From the NCBI GenBank assembly GCA_964016885.1, contig OZ024740.1, positions 119,412,001-119,476,000 on the forward strand: a stretch of DNA of 64,000 nt. The letters run 5' to 3'. Below are positions 12,937-26,902 of this stretch, piece after piece. Source of the DNA: Eledone cirrhosa (taxonomy: Eukaryota). The number at the start of each line of letters is the position of its first letter. Position 1 is the first letter of the stretch. The notes beneath the pieces were generated by a model. That model was not told the DNA's origin. It saw nothing but the letters and a program-made list of their open reading frames with translations, and ran no database searches. Position numbers and translations under genes: made by a program.

Positions 12937-13017
<81 letters not shown>

Positions 13018-13470
13018 CCTCCTTAACCTCTGTATTAACTTGCCCATTATTTAGCTTTGACAGTATTGTCCTATACATGTATGTTATTGAGGATGGAAAA
13101 GAAAGACTACATTCTCATCTAATATAGACCACACACATTCTACTCAGTGATAAATGCTTCGTCGGTCAGATAAAAACTGAACATTACGGCCACCGACCTA
13201 CATTGTTTCTAAACACCGGCTTATCTTTAAAATTGATATAATACACCCTACGACACTCTTTACTTGTCAACTTTATACTTCTGCTTCATGTCAGCTAGTT
13301 TTACACGCTAAACTCTATACACTATACCCCCCACCTAGTATAATGTCAGGATCATCTCAAATAATTTATTACTAGCATTGTTGTAATTGTTGTTATTGTT
13401 CTAACTGAATGCCATTACTACTTCATATAGTAGCCTGAATATTCCCTTCATGCCTGTATATCCTCTTCAT

Positions 13471-13591
13471 TCTCGCATGCTCCGAAGAACTGACTGGTTA
13501 TAATTTTGTATTGGCTATCGAGTAACGTGAAAACAAGCGAATATCGATCTCTAGACCTACCAGTTCAGAGAAACAATTGTCAGCAATGAGA
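13471..13591 (+). ncRNA. Atypical hammerhead with long stem II and CCGAAGA core
   Basis: tctcgcatgct-CCGAAGA-actgactgg..ccagttcaga-GAAA-c aatt g-TC^-agcaatgaga. Confidence 0.6.
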
Positions 13592-13633
13592 TTAAAAACC
13601 TTTTTTGTATAGCAAACCGTGTCAATTTTCTTT

Positions 13634-13665
<32 letters not shown>

Positions 13666-14629
13666 TGCTCTAAATCTCTTATTTGCACAGGTATACCTTT
13701 TTTTCTCTTATCAGATGCATGGGAACTGAAGAATCTCAGGAGCCATGTTCTTCATTCTTTGGCAAGGTCGTGTAAACCACTTTGAAATTTAAATTCTATA
13801 GAATCATTCTTCTTTATTTGGATTTCGACACACTTCTGTTATCAGTAACAACAAATCTAGAATTTTCACTCATATCAGGTGGATATTGGAAATCGACAGA
13901 ACAACAATTGCTTGAAATTTAATTTGCACTATGATTAGTGGATTAGATTAACAGGATATACCATTTTCTTACAATCAAATATAATTTCAAGTCATGAAAT
14001 AATATAAGTGAAATGCGTTGCAGTATCTTAGAATAAAAAAGAAATGGATGTAGCTCATAATTCCATGGCAACCTTGATTTTTACGGTTCTTGTAAGTTAA
14101 CAAAAAACACAATATCAAAAATCAAGACTTTCAATCTTATTGAAAATTACGTTTTCTTTTTTACTTCGTTCTCTTAAATGAAGTTTCTTACATGCAAAAC
14201 TAGACTTGAAGTAAAATTTAATTAAAGAGTAGAACAATCATTACTTTTTACTGATAAATAATGTAAAAAGAATTTGGTTGTTTTGTTTTTGAATTTTGCG
14301 TTTTTCATTTTTACATGTGTTTATATGGAGGGCAGGCATTTGATATAAAAGCATACAGGATTGAATGAGAAATACGTATAGAAGAAAGTTAAAACATACA
14401 AGAATGATTGATCCACCAACGAAAGCGAACGTCAAGTTAAAGGATACAAGCTATACACGGGTAAATGAAAAAAGTAATGTCATGCAAAAATATGACGCCA
14501 AAAGAAAGAAGCTACCTACAAATGTGTGTAGGATACCTGTATCAAAAATCAATCAATTTTTATTTTTTATTTTTGATACAAACCGAACCAAATTCCTACT
14601 TACTGTAATCAGGATAGAGATGCCTATCC

Positions 14630-14715
14630 ATAAGAACGATCTCAGCGAGTGGGACTGGCTATTTCAGCAGATCTTCGCTGTCTCTCGGGTTAACACATTT
14701 GCTATTCCGTCCACC
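14630..14715 (+). mobile_element. Short CRE-clade C-terminal remnant
   Basis: EWDWLFQQIFAVSRVNTFAI resembles EVEWLFQHISLTVIRGNIFSI. Confidence 0.4.
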
Positions 14716-16023
14716 ACATATATCTGATGTTTATTAAAAAATATAATAGTGTTTTCCCCGATAAATATAGCTGGGATTAGTAAAACAATAGGAACAAGGT
14801 ATGTGGAATTCATAGAAATACGAAATTTTTAAAAATGAAATACCTACCTGAAACTATTTTAATTTTCTGTTAAGAAAGGTCAAATGGGAATATCAACCAG
14901 TTTTAATAAAGCTAAACGTATTGCTTATAAAAACGTTCTCATGAGCATTTAAGGGTTCACCGTTAAGATACCCAGTGTTCTGGCTCCACATTTGGCTGAG
15001 GAAAATGGAAGTCCAGGTAGAGAAGAAACAGCCCCGTATGTTAGAATGGTTATGTAGTAAATATCGCTGGCTTTTCTCCACTGTAATGCTTACGCCATCT
15101 TGTTCAAGGGGTGCAGCAAGGATATGACACTCAACCAAGGGTATAGTGTTTGCTTCCTTACAATTTCCTTTTGTCTCTACGATACTATAAACGTATTTGG
15201 TGTATATGTATATATTTATTTATAACCACATTAGAAATATGGCAAACATTAAACCAGTTACGATCTTAGTAATGAAATAATTAATAATTAACGGCTCATA
15301 TTCTCTTACAATATTATTTAGTTGCTCATTGTAATGATTTCTTATCAAAACTGCTTTTCATAGAATAATCTTGTCGAAAGATATTTCTATCAGCAGTCAA
15401 ATGAATTTTATATATTTCAAAAGTTTTGGTCACTTGTAGCATTATTTTAAGGGTTCTTAGCAACCTCTCTAGGCCACTAATAAAATCTCAAGTTGGATTT
15501 ACATGCACCATATTGCGTTTTGCGTAATCTGTTTTGATACTTTTATAAAATAATTGTTTCTAATTGGAATTATTTTTTTCCGTTTATCCTACCTAATTTT
15601 ATGAAAAGACTTCCATGCACTCTTAATGCATGCCGTACAAAGTGTCACCTACGTTCAGTGTCATGATTCACACGCCAATACAAGTTTGATTTTACGCTTT
15701 TATCAGATTTGTAACTCAGTTTCTCAATTTTATATATTTTATTTGAATGATAAGTTTAGAATCAGTATTTTAAACATATTATAAGGGAAATAAAATCTAC
15801 ATCTCCCTACAATGACCTTCGAGTCCAGACAGTGAGTGAAAGTAGCGCTTGCTAATGATATCTTTGCGGGTAATCTACTATATCTTCTCGAACCAGAAAA
15901 GATAATGGCAAGGATACTGTAGAAGAAATGTTAGTTTATTCATAGTATTATATGATTTCACTTGCTTGCTGATCATGCTTATGGAAGTAGAGTTATTCCA
16001 CATGCCACCATCATAAACAAAAC

Positions 16024-16600
16024 CTATGTGTTAGTCGGTCTCGTGGTTTCTGCCGACAGGATAGAGAAGATATTGCCCCGGATTACAGTGAGGGAGATGT
16101 GCTGGAACAGCCACTCCACCTCGCAGAGCTCACACCTGCAGGCAGCCAACTTTGATGTGGTCCGCGTACCATAAATGTCGGACGTCTCCACTGCTACAGG
16201 CTCAACTACAATCCTATGAGAGATCAGCCAATACTTTGACAGATTTCTTTCGTCGGCCTGGAGGGCAGCAAAGCCTGGGCTTGTAACCAAACGTACCATG
16301 GTGCCGCTAGAAATGGTGTTACAACATGTAGTATACCAAACGCGGGACCTACTACCTCCATGGAACTGGAAGATAGTCATGTCGTCTGGCATGTTGCCGT
16401 CCTCTCAGTTCAATCTGGCTGAATTGAGCGGGGAAGGAAAGCTTCAGTCGTCCAGGTCCTGATATAGGCCCGTCTATCGTCGCATCGTCTAGGTATCAGA
16501 TTTTAAGGCTTCGAGCAACGTTGTCTATCCCAAGAGTGAAGTGGTGGGGTCCCATGTATCACCCTGTTGGACACCGTTTGAAATTGACTTTGATAGGATT
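16024..16600 (-). pseudogene. CRE-clade non-LTR restriction-like endonuclease remnant
   Basis: EDGNMPDDMT (PD motif) ..KY.. EPVAVET ..WLFQHISLTVIRGN, the typical CRE RLE pattern. Confidence 0.7.
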
Positions 16601-17549
16601 TGAACACAGTATGAAAAGATGCAGGACTACATAATGCTGATTCTCTGTCGATTCTGTCAATTTGCGCATCACATGTTAATGTTATAGTGTGAAAATAATC
16701 GAATTGAATAAGAAATATATCGAATAAAAAGAGTTCATCTAAATAAATTAATTTTATCTGAGATTGGAATTCCAAAGATTATATTTTTTCATGGCGTCAC
16801 GCTATTTTGTAAGTGTCGCTTATAAAGTTGTCACAAAGTGTTAAAGGCAATAGTTCTATTCCCAATCAAGAATTGTTTACCAAGTCTTTCCAGTAGGGTT
16901 CTCTTTTGAAGAACTATAAACCACACCATTCCTTTCTGTAATTAATGTGATAAATTCCGTTCCCTTTTACATCTCTCTCTTATCTAAACACTTTAGATTC
17001 TATATAACGTTATTTGCTGGAGGGCTCTATTATCTTGGATCAAAATCATATTAGCGACTCTTGCTGATAAAGATAGCGACTTTTATATCATTACCTCTTT
17101 ATATTCTCAAACAAAAAAAAACATGCTAATATGTGAGAATATGAGAGACTATACAAACGAAAGATTTCTTTCTCATAGAGCTCTTTGTATGAGAACGATT
17201 CGTTTTATTTTGTTTTAATGTAAACATGTTTTCACCCTTCAATCCTATATTATAATCAACAATAAATTCAATGTAGTTACGAAACTATTATATATCGCTT
17301 TGATTTGTTTGTTTGGTCACTTCTATTATATTTTCCTTTTTAACTCTGGAATACATCACGAAACTTCGGGTCACCCATTCGAGTCAACAAATGAGCCTCC
17401 TGGTGAACTCTACCTGATAGATATATTAACCAGATATAGCTCAAATTATAACATATAGTTTTAACAAAAGATACAAAGATACACGATATTTTGTGCATTC
17501 CTAATGCCCGAAAGGAAGGTGGGTTAATATAACCAAAATGCTTTTCATC

Positions 17550-17960
17550 CTTTCATCGTCATCAACATCATCTTTTAACCTCTATTTTCCATGTCTGCAT
17601 GGTTTAAACAGGTTGTCACGTTTTGAATCTAGACCGGACAGGTGAACATATCTAGCTCATATGTTTCTTTTTAGGCTTGGTTTCAATGGCTGAATGCCAC
17701 TTCTAACGCCAACCATTTACAGCGTGTACTAGCAGCATTTTATCATGGCACCAGCACTACCATTTTCAGGGTGGCTTAGTTGCATTGTATCGTATCACCA
17801 GCACTGCCACTTTACAGAGTGGGTTGAATGCATTTTATCGTGGCATCAGCACTACCCATTACAACATTGGGGCGCTGGTTCCTCAGCCAGGTTCCAAAAG
17901 CAGTGATGGGAGCGTCTGTGCGAGCGTACTGCTTTTGTATTAGCCCCACTGCCACCAAAT
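17550..17960 (-). mobile_element. Diverged SINE-like repeat with a (GAT)n-like tail
   Basis: Core 'ggttggcgttagaagtggcattcagcc' on the minus strand resembles V-SINE-type cores; internal ~55-bp repeats containing 'gcattttatc..ccagcact'. Confidence 0.45.
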
Positions 17961-18378
17961 ACTCTTTGGTCCATGACAGAATTTGTTACTGAAGGTTCAT
18001 ATATTTGACATTTAAGAACTTTCCGATTACTTACCCGTCGTGGAAATGGTTCGTAGATCTGCTGATGTTAATTTAATTATTAAACGTGGGCATGAAGTAA
18101 TGAGCCAAGACATTTTAATTAAGTAAAATTTCAACTGTGACAAAGGAAATATTGTTAATGTAATAATTAATTCTGGCTTAAGATAACAGTATAAATTAAT
18201 TAAAAACTAAGATGTATTAGTGATTTTTTTGCGCTTTTTTATGTATACTTTTCCTTCTCCAAACAACTGATACATTACGTTGATTGATGCACTTTTAAAT
18301 GTCTCATCACCACTTGTTTTGTTGGGGTAATGTTGGATAAGTAATCCATATCACATCATCATTTCTATTTTGATATAT

Positions 18379-19240
18379 TACTAGCAGAATGCCTCGGGAT
18401 TCTAAACATAGATTGGCATGTTTATCCCTCTTTCTGAAACAGTTTCGTCGTATGTTCACCAATTGATGCAGAAGTCAATAAAAAGTGAAGACGCCTTGAG
18501 TGAATAGGCAAATAATTTTCCATTAATTTTTTTCAAAAGCATGTAATTGCGTTCCCTCTTTTTTATTGTTGTTTTGCTGCTGTTGGTGTGATACCGGCCG
18601 TTGGTCGTACTACTAACACAGTCTCGTTCTTCGTCAGCCAATCGTGTATATGCCCTTCTACCTCGTCAGCAATGAGAACAATATTTTCTCTAGGGTTCTC
18701 ATATATTTGATATATATTTATCCTTATCGAGCGTCGTGAAATAAATACGTGTGTTTATATTTTGTTATTGTGTATGCAAAAATATCTGTTCACGAATATA
18801 TAATTATATATATATATATATATTAAAATAACAGATTAAAGCTTAAGCGAAGAATCGCTGCTTTCACCCTTAATGGGATCTTCTGAAACTAAAAAAAATC
18901 AATCTATGAACGCAGAAGTAAATATTTCGAAAAACGTTACACACACTATATATATATACATATACACACTATATATACATATACATACACACACACAGAT
19001 AGTGATATAATGTCGTAATGCAGACAGCCAGACATACAAACATATATTATAAAGGCGCGACGATATAGCTATCTAATGCGGTCCCTAGGGCATTGAAAAT
19101 TTGAAATATATTTTGCTCAGAACACTCACACAATCATAAGTATTACATGTGTAAATTTGAAAAAAATCGGTTGGGTGGTTCTCGAGATTTAGTGAGTCAG
19201 AGAGACAGACAGAGAGACATTCTTTGTTTTAGATTATATA
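18379..19240 (-). mobile_element. Non-autonomous Helitron-like element
   Basis: CTAG-like end ('tactagcagaat') at left; 'aaatcggttg..gagacagacagagagacattc..tata' at right; layout typical of Helitron-derived short elements. Confidence 0.45.
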
Positions 19241-22059
19241 TTGCATTTATTTATTATGATATGCTATCTTCTGTCATGTGTCGGTAGTCATAACACGGTG
19301 GAAAATGTAATAATGCTTTCTTTATTAGCTACATTGGCTTGTATGTTGAATACAGTAATCATAATCATAGGGATTTTAAAACTTGGGATTTTGGAGAAAC
19401 AAAGCGCTGTAAAACGAGGCTAAGAACAAAGACGTCACGAACTAGACGGATAAATTTCATAAAACATGGAAAATATATAAGCATTATCAAACACGATAGT
19501 TGATACAGGTTATAATATAAAAACATAAAAACACATTTACGGTTACCCAAACACACACACACATGGGAACTCACTAGTTAGGACACTCCAGAGTGATATA
19601 ACTTCACATGTGTGAAATTATAAATCGTTATATTGTCAAGTAACACCATGTTAAATTCCAGCTGACTGATCCATAACTACCCGTTGTGATATCGCTCCCA
19701 GCTCGCCTGCGCGCGTCAATCCAGTTCATGAAAATTATGAACAGAAGAATGGAGAGCACACAACCTTGGCAGAGTCCGATTCCCACATTGAATGGTTTCG
19801 ATTTGGCACCATTTATTGAAAGTCATTGAATACGTATAGTTCTGGTAATTATGTTTGAAACTACATATGCTACATTTGATTGCCACTCTTGTGTAGAAAA
19901 CCAAATCCGTAGAAAGTAAATAAATCCTAAACGATGCAGCCTCTTATATGTATAGCTATGTTTTCATTTTACAGCAATTAATCCCAGTAGGCTTTGATAA
20001 GGTTCAAGGTGGAGAGTAAAGTATTTAGTACAGACCTTGGGAAATATAAGGACCGGGATAATCAGTGATTAGGTGAGGGCATGAGTTGAATTTAATTATT
20101 TATATACACGAAATATGAGTGTTAATTTAGAATGATGTTTAACAACATTGTGTTACTTATACTTCGATAACATGATTAAAAGATGTAAAAAGACAGAAAA
20201 TGGGAAATAATTTGGAAGGAAACTACACTCTCTGCAGGGCAACAGGTCTTACATGCGCTTCGCGGAGAAAAGGGCCAAATTGTTGCCTCAAAGAGCCACC
20301 AGCGGTTCCCACAACATCACTCATTCTACACATAGGGTCCTTCCTCACACGTGATGTCATCATCCAGTTTAATGGTGAAAGCCCACAGTTCAAGGGCCGA
20401 GCCTAGTGGAGGTTTCAAATTTGACTAGCAAAAAATGAATAAGTCAGTCAATGCCTAGTATATGGTCATCTTCTGCTACTCCCCGTTACAAGTGACAGCT
20501 CAAAATCCTTTAACAGTATATTATTTTATTATATCAGTAGTGAACAAAGCAAAGCCAGGGTTACATACAACCGACTATGTGTGTGATTCGGATTCAATTC
20601 TGACGTAATTTATCTCATGAATGCCTTTGAAAAAGTGATGTATTTTATGCAATACCATTCTTCACGTTAGAGAATATCTAAGTAAAAGAATTCAATATCA
20701 ATTGTCACCATAAATTCATATAGTAAAATCGAAAAGGTTCATGATATGAAATTTGTTTAATTTTATTTCATATTATTGCGACTTACTTCCATAGATTCGG
20801 TTATATTCAACCCAATATAGATTTTATATTTTCACTTTTGTGCGTAGGTTTTAAAAGCCATCCAATCTCTAGTAGTTCTACACCAAATGCATGAACGATA
20901 TTGGAAATAATTGTTTCCATTGACTGATAACGAGATTTATAAAAAGCAACACTAATTTAATATTAAGGACTGCAAGTGTTTTATAGAGGATTTAAATCTG
21001 AACACAAGTTTTGTACAGATCAAAGTTTACAACATAAGTTTTAGTGGACACGAAATATTAAAGAAAAATATATTAACCACGCCCATATAGTTTTTGTTGT
21101 TTTGTTTGCAAGTGAATAATATCAATTTGTTCTTATAGTTTTGTCGATACGACATATCAAAAAGATTGCGACGTACACATATATATATATAAACGATATA
21201 AGCTCCCGTTGTAGATTTTGTCGTGGCTTCCCATTATTAAGCCTTTTAACTTTAATACTTTAATACGTTTCTCATCATACATGTTTTGCCATATACTTAC
21301 TATAAATTTCAGCAGTGAGATTCTCACATAAACTTGTTTATTATTTTGTTATGTTTTCTTTTATTATTTTATTTCAGATTTCAAACAACCACGATAAGCG
21401 TATAATATTTTAATATTGGATTTTAAAACTTCTTTTCTTCCCGCAATTGATCTATCGTACGACGGAAATCTAAAAACCAGATATATCGACATATAAAAGA
21501 GACTGAATATTTCATTTTTCGGATTTTCAATCTTCAAAAATTGTTAGAAATTATCTGAAAAAAAAATTCCTTATTCTTTAATTTCGATAAAAGAATTCTG
21601 TAAATGGTATTACGACAGGAACGAAGCTTTCAAATAATATTGAGCTATGATTAATATTTTAAAAAGCTACGGAACAGAACATTTCTTGTGACGTCTTATG
21701 CATGGAATCCTAATAGTTAAGTGGATGCTAACATACTTAATGTGGTGCACGTCACATACAGAAAACGTCCCGTTCGTTTTGTCATCCCAGTAGTGTGCAT
21801 TAACTGTTAGTCATCTAGGCAAGTAATTTTAAAATAAAATTATAGAAAACAAACCATGTAAAAGAGCAAAATATGTTGAAATAACTGTGGATTTCTATAC
21901 CTTAAAACCGATATTTTAACATCGAAGAAAGGGGAAAATATCCCTCTTCCTATTAACGTGAAATGACTGCGTTGACACTATCATGCATTCAATGCTGAGT
22001 ATCACATCCAGTTAATTTGTCTCAATTTCACCCTCTCACATTCATTAACATATATTTGT

Positions 22060-23799
22060 TTCTCCTATCTTCTCTGAATTTCTGCAACTACTCACATTGC
22101 TGGCCAAGCCACCGACAAACCAAGCACATTCGATGTCTTTTCTTCCTTCAAACACAATCTCTGCTAAACATATAGGTGCAAGCACACACCAATGTCCACT
22201 TCCCCAGACCCTATTTTAATTTAATTCAGCTAACTGGTCGAAGGCCTATCAATTCCATGCTAACTATCCCAGGAAGCATATGTGCTTCACCTTGATGTAA
22301 CAGAAATACCTAGGTGGTTGCTTCCATTCTCTGCTTCTTGGATATGCTCTTCCGCATTCTACACGCAATCAGTCTGATAATCCTAAGATCTTCAAGGGTT
22401 CACTCATAGCTGCTATGCAGCAGTTCAGGCTACGAAGATGTCCTACAACACGCACCGAGTATCATCTACCCCTTACAAACCTCTGAAACACTAATATCTA
22501 AACTGCTAAGAATGCCTCCGGGTAGACAATCATTTAAGCCTCGTGCCAAAAGTATCTTCACCAAATTTGCAGAATCCTTCTTCCTGCCACTTCTACAGCA
22601 TGATGGCCTTGAAAAGACCGTCTCTACATTTGCTACCTGATTTGAATCAAATTCTACGTTGCACTCACAAGATAAATCTCTTTACGAACTACATCTTTTC
22701 CAATCCACCTGCTTCCCTATAAAATGTACGTACATGTAAAGAGCAAAAGTACATCCTCTCACCTCAAACCAGCAAAGCCGCTAGTTCCGACAATGTCGCA
22801 GCTATGACGCTCAAGCAATGCATTAGTCATTCTCATTCTCACCCCTCTCTCTCACACACACTTTCCATCCCTCTCTGTCAAACTTAATTGTCCCTCATGG
22901 ATGTATTCCGATCTCTATTAACACACTTCAGTTTGTTCTATTTATAATAAAGACAATCTCTCTAATCTTGGCAATTATCCTCTTATTGTACTGACCTCTT
23001 GCATTTCAGAGTTGATAGAGACAGTCATTAACATCTTTGGCCATCACCTTGAATGTATTTCCATATTTAAAGACCATGAGATTATCTTTTGTAAAGCCAG
23101 ATCTACAGGAGATTTATATATCACTCACAAGTGAGCTCTCATCAATTATAAACTTGCTAAAAACAGTGTTGTTGCCTTTGACATCAGCAATGCTTTCGAT
23201 GGAGTCTGGAACGAACACCACCTGCAAAAATAACCCTCTACTTGCCCTATTTGTCTCTCATATTCTGGATCAGTCGCTTCCAGTCATCCCGCACGTACAA
23301 GACGTGCAATGTTGGAGCTCTTTATGACCCATATTCTATTGAACTTAACGTTTACCAGTGTTTCCAACACATCAATGACCTACTTACAATCAAATCCAAC
23401 AATTCCTACAACTATGCCGATGATGCCACTCTTCATTACACCCTTACACTACACACCCTAACATCACCCACCAGGAGATTACATACTCCACACTAAATCT
23501 AGTTTTACTTTAATTTACAACGACTACGACAACATATTCTAATGGGATCATGCCAATATAGTCTCATTCAGCAGCATAAAATAACAATCATTTTGCACAT
23601 TAACGAAAAAGACACCAACAATCCTCTCCTTTAGCTCACAGACGTTATTTCATCACTATCTTCTTTTTCTACCACTACTACAGGGACACCTACACCTCGA
23701 GCAGCCTTATGCCTCCTCCATTCAGGAACACTCGCATCACTTGTCTTTCCAATTCTCGTCACCATTTTGTGACCTATCCGGCCCCTCTCTAAAGTCTTC
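22060..23799 (+). pseudogene. Decayed CR1/Jockey-group LINE (RT); likely continues after the hAT at 31392-~31560
   Basis: Fragments SKAASSDNV..LKQC, NY..IVLTSCISELIE, VAFDISNAFD.VW and NYADDATL. Confidence 0.75.
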
Positions 23800-24390
23800 A
23801 TCTAGTTCAAAGATTCTCAACCCATTTCGGCCAAATTGTTGCTCCTCAAAATCACGAAACGCCCCCCCCCCATTTTTCTATTCTTCAATATACTACTGAT
23901 TTTGATATCAGTAGATTACTAAAAAAAAATTGATTAACGATATTCAAAAGTATAAATACATTCCTTGAATGGAAGTATATACATTTCAAAAAAAGAAACA
24001 TAAATGTTCTTTTTTATGAATAAGGACCAGTTGAATTTGTTATATTCCCACCAGACGATACCAGCTATTTTGAACATTTATACAAGAGCAACTCTGTTTA
24101 TCCAAAGAGTGTTCTTATCTGAAAGAAAGTGGCAATTGTATTATTTCAAAGCTTTCCAATTTTCCCTTTAATGAAACGGACGTAATAAATGTTGATATCT
24201 AACTTGATGTCCCCTCTGCTTTGTGAGCTTAGAGACCACGGAAGAGGATTTTCATGACCACGTAAGAGGGTATATTCATTAGTAAACGGTAAAATATATA
24301 CAACAAATGAGTAAGTGAATTGTGGTACATGGTTTCCAGTCCTGTCAGACTGCAACTACAAATAAAAAATCGACTTACTTTGACCTCGTT

Positions 24391-26175
24391 TCAATGGGAC
24401 CCTTGAGCTTCATGGAATTTAGCTAACTCTTTGACGTCAGGCTAGATTTCGTAAGATGTAGCCGGAGATCTCCACGTGCAATCACATTGTAGCGGTTGCG
24501 AGCCTTACTATGCAGTCTGGGAACAGCGCCAAACCCCCGTCTCGATTAAGTATGAGCTAGGAAAAGGCAAAGCAAATCTCTTAGCCTCTGCATGTAGAAG
24601 TGGAAATCGGCGCTGAATTTCCTGTTGCATCCAAAAAGGGGGTTCACCTATTTTGGAAAATTTAATTTTGATAATGTCATCTGTCTGAAGTTCAATTAAT
24701 TCTTCCTGAAATTTAACGTCCAAATCGTCGATGTTAGCTATGAAGGGATCTGCTATCCTCATTGGGATGTCTATCTTCAAAAGGTCGACAAACCGTTCTC
24801 TCATGTTGTATTGTAGTGCACGGAGGTGTGCGGTATAAATTTGGAGTTGGTCATCGCTCACAATGTTTTGAACATTGGCGACACTAAGAAAATTATAGAA
24901 TTCCCGTCAACAAAGATTCTTTTCGATGAGTTTTAATTTGACCATGAATATTTTCACAGCATACCTTGCTTTAAATAAGGTGATTTTCTCCCTCTGCAAA
25001 GCCATAATGAGGCTATTGCATTTGTCGAAGATGTCGGCGAGGTAGGCACAGTCTTGCCTCACATCGAGGGTTTTTTTTATACAGTTCTGTGTTGCGTCCT
25101 CGAAGAAAATAAATGATAGACTCGAACAGTTCAAAGAAGCGAGTAAGGCACTTGCCCTTTGAAAGCCACCTCACTTCAGTATGAAGGAGCAACTCGACGA
25201 ATTCTTCGTCATTATCTTCGCACAGTTGCCGGAAAATTCGTTCATTGAGGGCATGGCGTTTGATATAATTGATGACATCAATGGCTACCTGCAAAGACTT
25301 GCTCAGCGACTCGCTGAGTTTCTTCGTAGCCACGTGTTGTCGATGAATGACACAATGAACAGCAAATACAGATGGATTTTCCCTCTTCAGAAGAGAGACG
25401 AAACCCTTATGTTGGCCGACCATTGCTCTTGCGCCGTTCGTAGCACATGATACAATATTGTTAAGAGGTATCTCTTCTTTTCTTCGAGCTATCCCTTGAC
25501 AGATTCAAAGATCGTGGCACCTTTAGTATCTGTGGCTAGATTCAGAGTGAAGAGAAGCTCCTCGTGCATTTCGTTTTGGTGGAAAAATCGCACGTATCCC
25601 AGTAGTAAGGACTGATTCCCGGAAAGTGTGCTTTCATCAAGTTGCAAAGCAAATTGTGTCGATTTCAAGATGTTACATAATTGTTGTTCAACATTTTCCG
25701 CCATTTCGTCGATGCGTCTCTTTATTGAGTTCTTACTCAACGGAATATATTTCAAGGTCGTTAACGGGTTCTGACGTAGTACTGTTGAAAGAACTTCTGA
25801 CATGACAGGGGCTACCAATGTTTCACCCAAGGAATGGGGCTTGCCACACTTTGCGATTATGTTGGCAATATTGTAAGATGCGACAATTTCATCAACATTT
25901 GAAGCTTCAACTTTTGAAAAGGCAGAAGAAATTAGTGTTGTTTTCTGAAATTTGTTCCTAAGAGACTGAAAGTATGCTAAATCTTTATATCTCTTAAAGG
26001 GGTGCCTCACCTCCAGGTGTCTACTCAAACGCGATGGCGTCATCGCCTCATTCGAAATAGACTCCTTGCAAATTAAACACATGGGTGACAGGTGGTTCGA
26101 CGGCGATGAAAGGAATCTGAACCGTAAGTAATCGACGCCGTACTGCCTGCATTTTTTCTACATTGCTAAGACCAT
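24391..26175 (-). pseudogene. hAT-Buster transposase (ZBED5/SCAND3-like), disrupted
   Basis: BED-like CLIC..H..H, LQLDEST, HCVIHR, EVRWLS, FPSSYL and C-terminal AQGSH*; several frameshifts and stops. Confidence 0.9.
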
Positions 26176-26902
26176 TTTCTGTTTATCGAATGAGTTTGGT
26201 AAAATTACGCAAAGATTTGCCTATATACGCCTATAAAATTATGTATAAGGAACTTACTATAATGAGTCCTGTTCCAGTATGATAAAGTTTCAAGTAATGT
26301 TCTGGAATAACGCTTTGTAATAAACACAACTGCAATGAAAGACACAAATACTGTCATTAATTAACCAAGTCGAGACAAGTTATATATGAAGATTAACCAG
26401 TCTTTCATGTAGGAATAGTAATAACTTAGCTTGAGGGAATTAAGGTGGCAGACTCAATAAAGGATCAATGAGGCAACGAGTTTAATAGAACTTAATGCAA
26501 GAATGACTAGTAATGTGCTATTTTGAAATGGAATTCATCAATTAAGCACGTAGTGATAAGACGCGATAATACTAAGTTAAGACATTACTTATTAGTCAGA
26601 GTTACTCAAATTATCGCCCTTACCTTAATGCATCACTGTGATATTCTTGTAATGGTGCTGCAATTATAATGGATGACTGTTGAAGACTACAAAAGCCAAG
26701 ACTTGATCGTAGTATAAACAGTCAGTTTATATAGGAATAGCAACAACCTAGTTATAGAATAAATGATGTGGAAACGCAATGAAGAGAAGATGGGGTCAAG
26801 CAAACCGAATGTTAATAAGAATAAGCTGAAGTATCGAGGTCAAGCCGAACACGGTGATGAACGGGTCAGTGAATTCAATTCATGAATAATGTTGCTCTTT
26901 TC

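Larger units (their letters stand above)
9711..12937 (+). mobile_element. Neptune-type Penelope-like element, 5'-truncated, inserted in (TA)n
   Basis: RT motifs LDIKSLYT, GVAMG, RYIDD, FLDI and SSHP; Cys linker CSRPRCNTC; GIY-YIG-like LVY..YVGQTGRRL..RF.EH..GLN (stop 11289-11291); C-rich 3' region; terminal hammerhead-like motif and AATAAA. Confidence 0.9.
9427..13640 (+). repeat. Inverted copy of the Naiad pLTR, split by the Neptune-like insertion
   Basis: 9427-9710 is the reverse complement of ~7640-7910; ~13015-13640 is the reverse complement of ~6950-7580. Confidence 0.9.
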
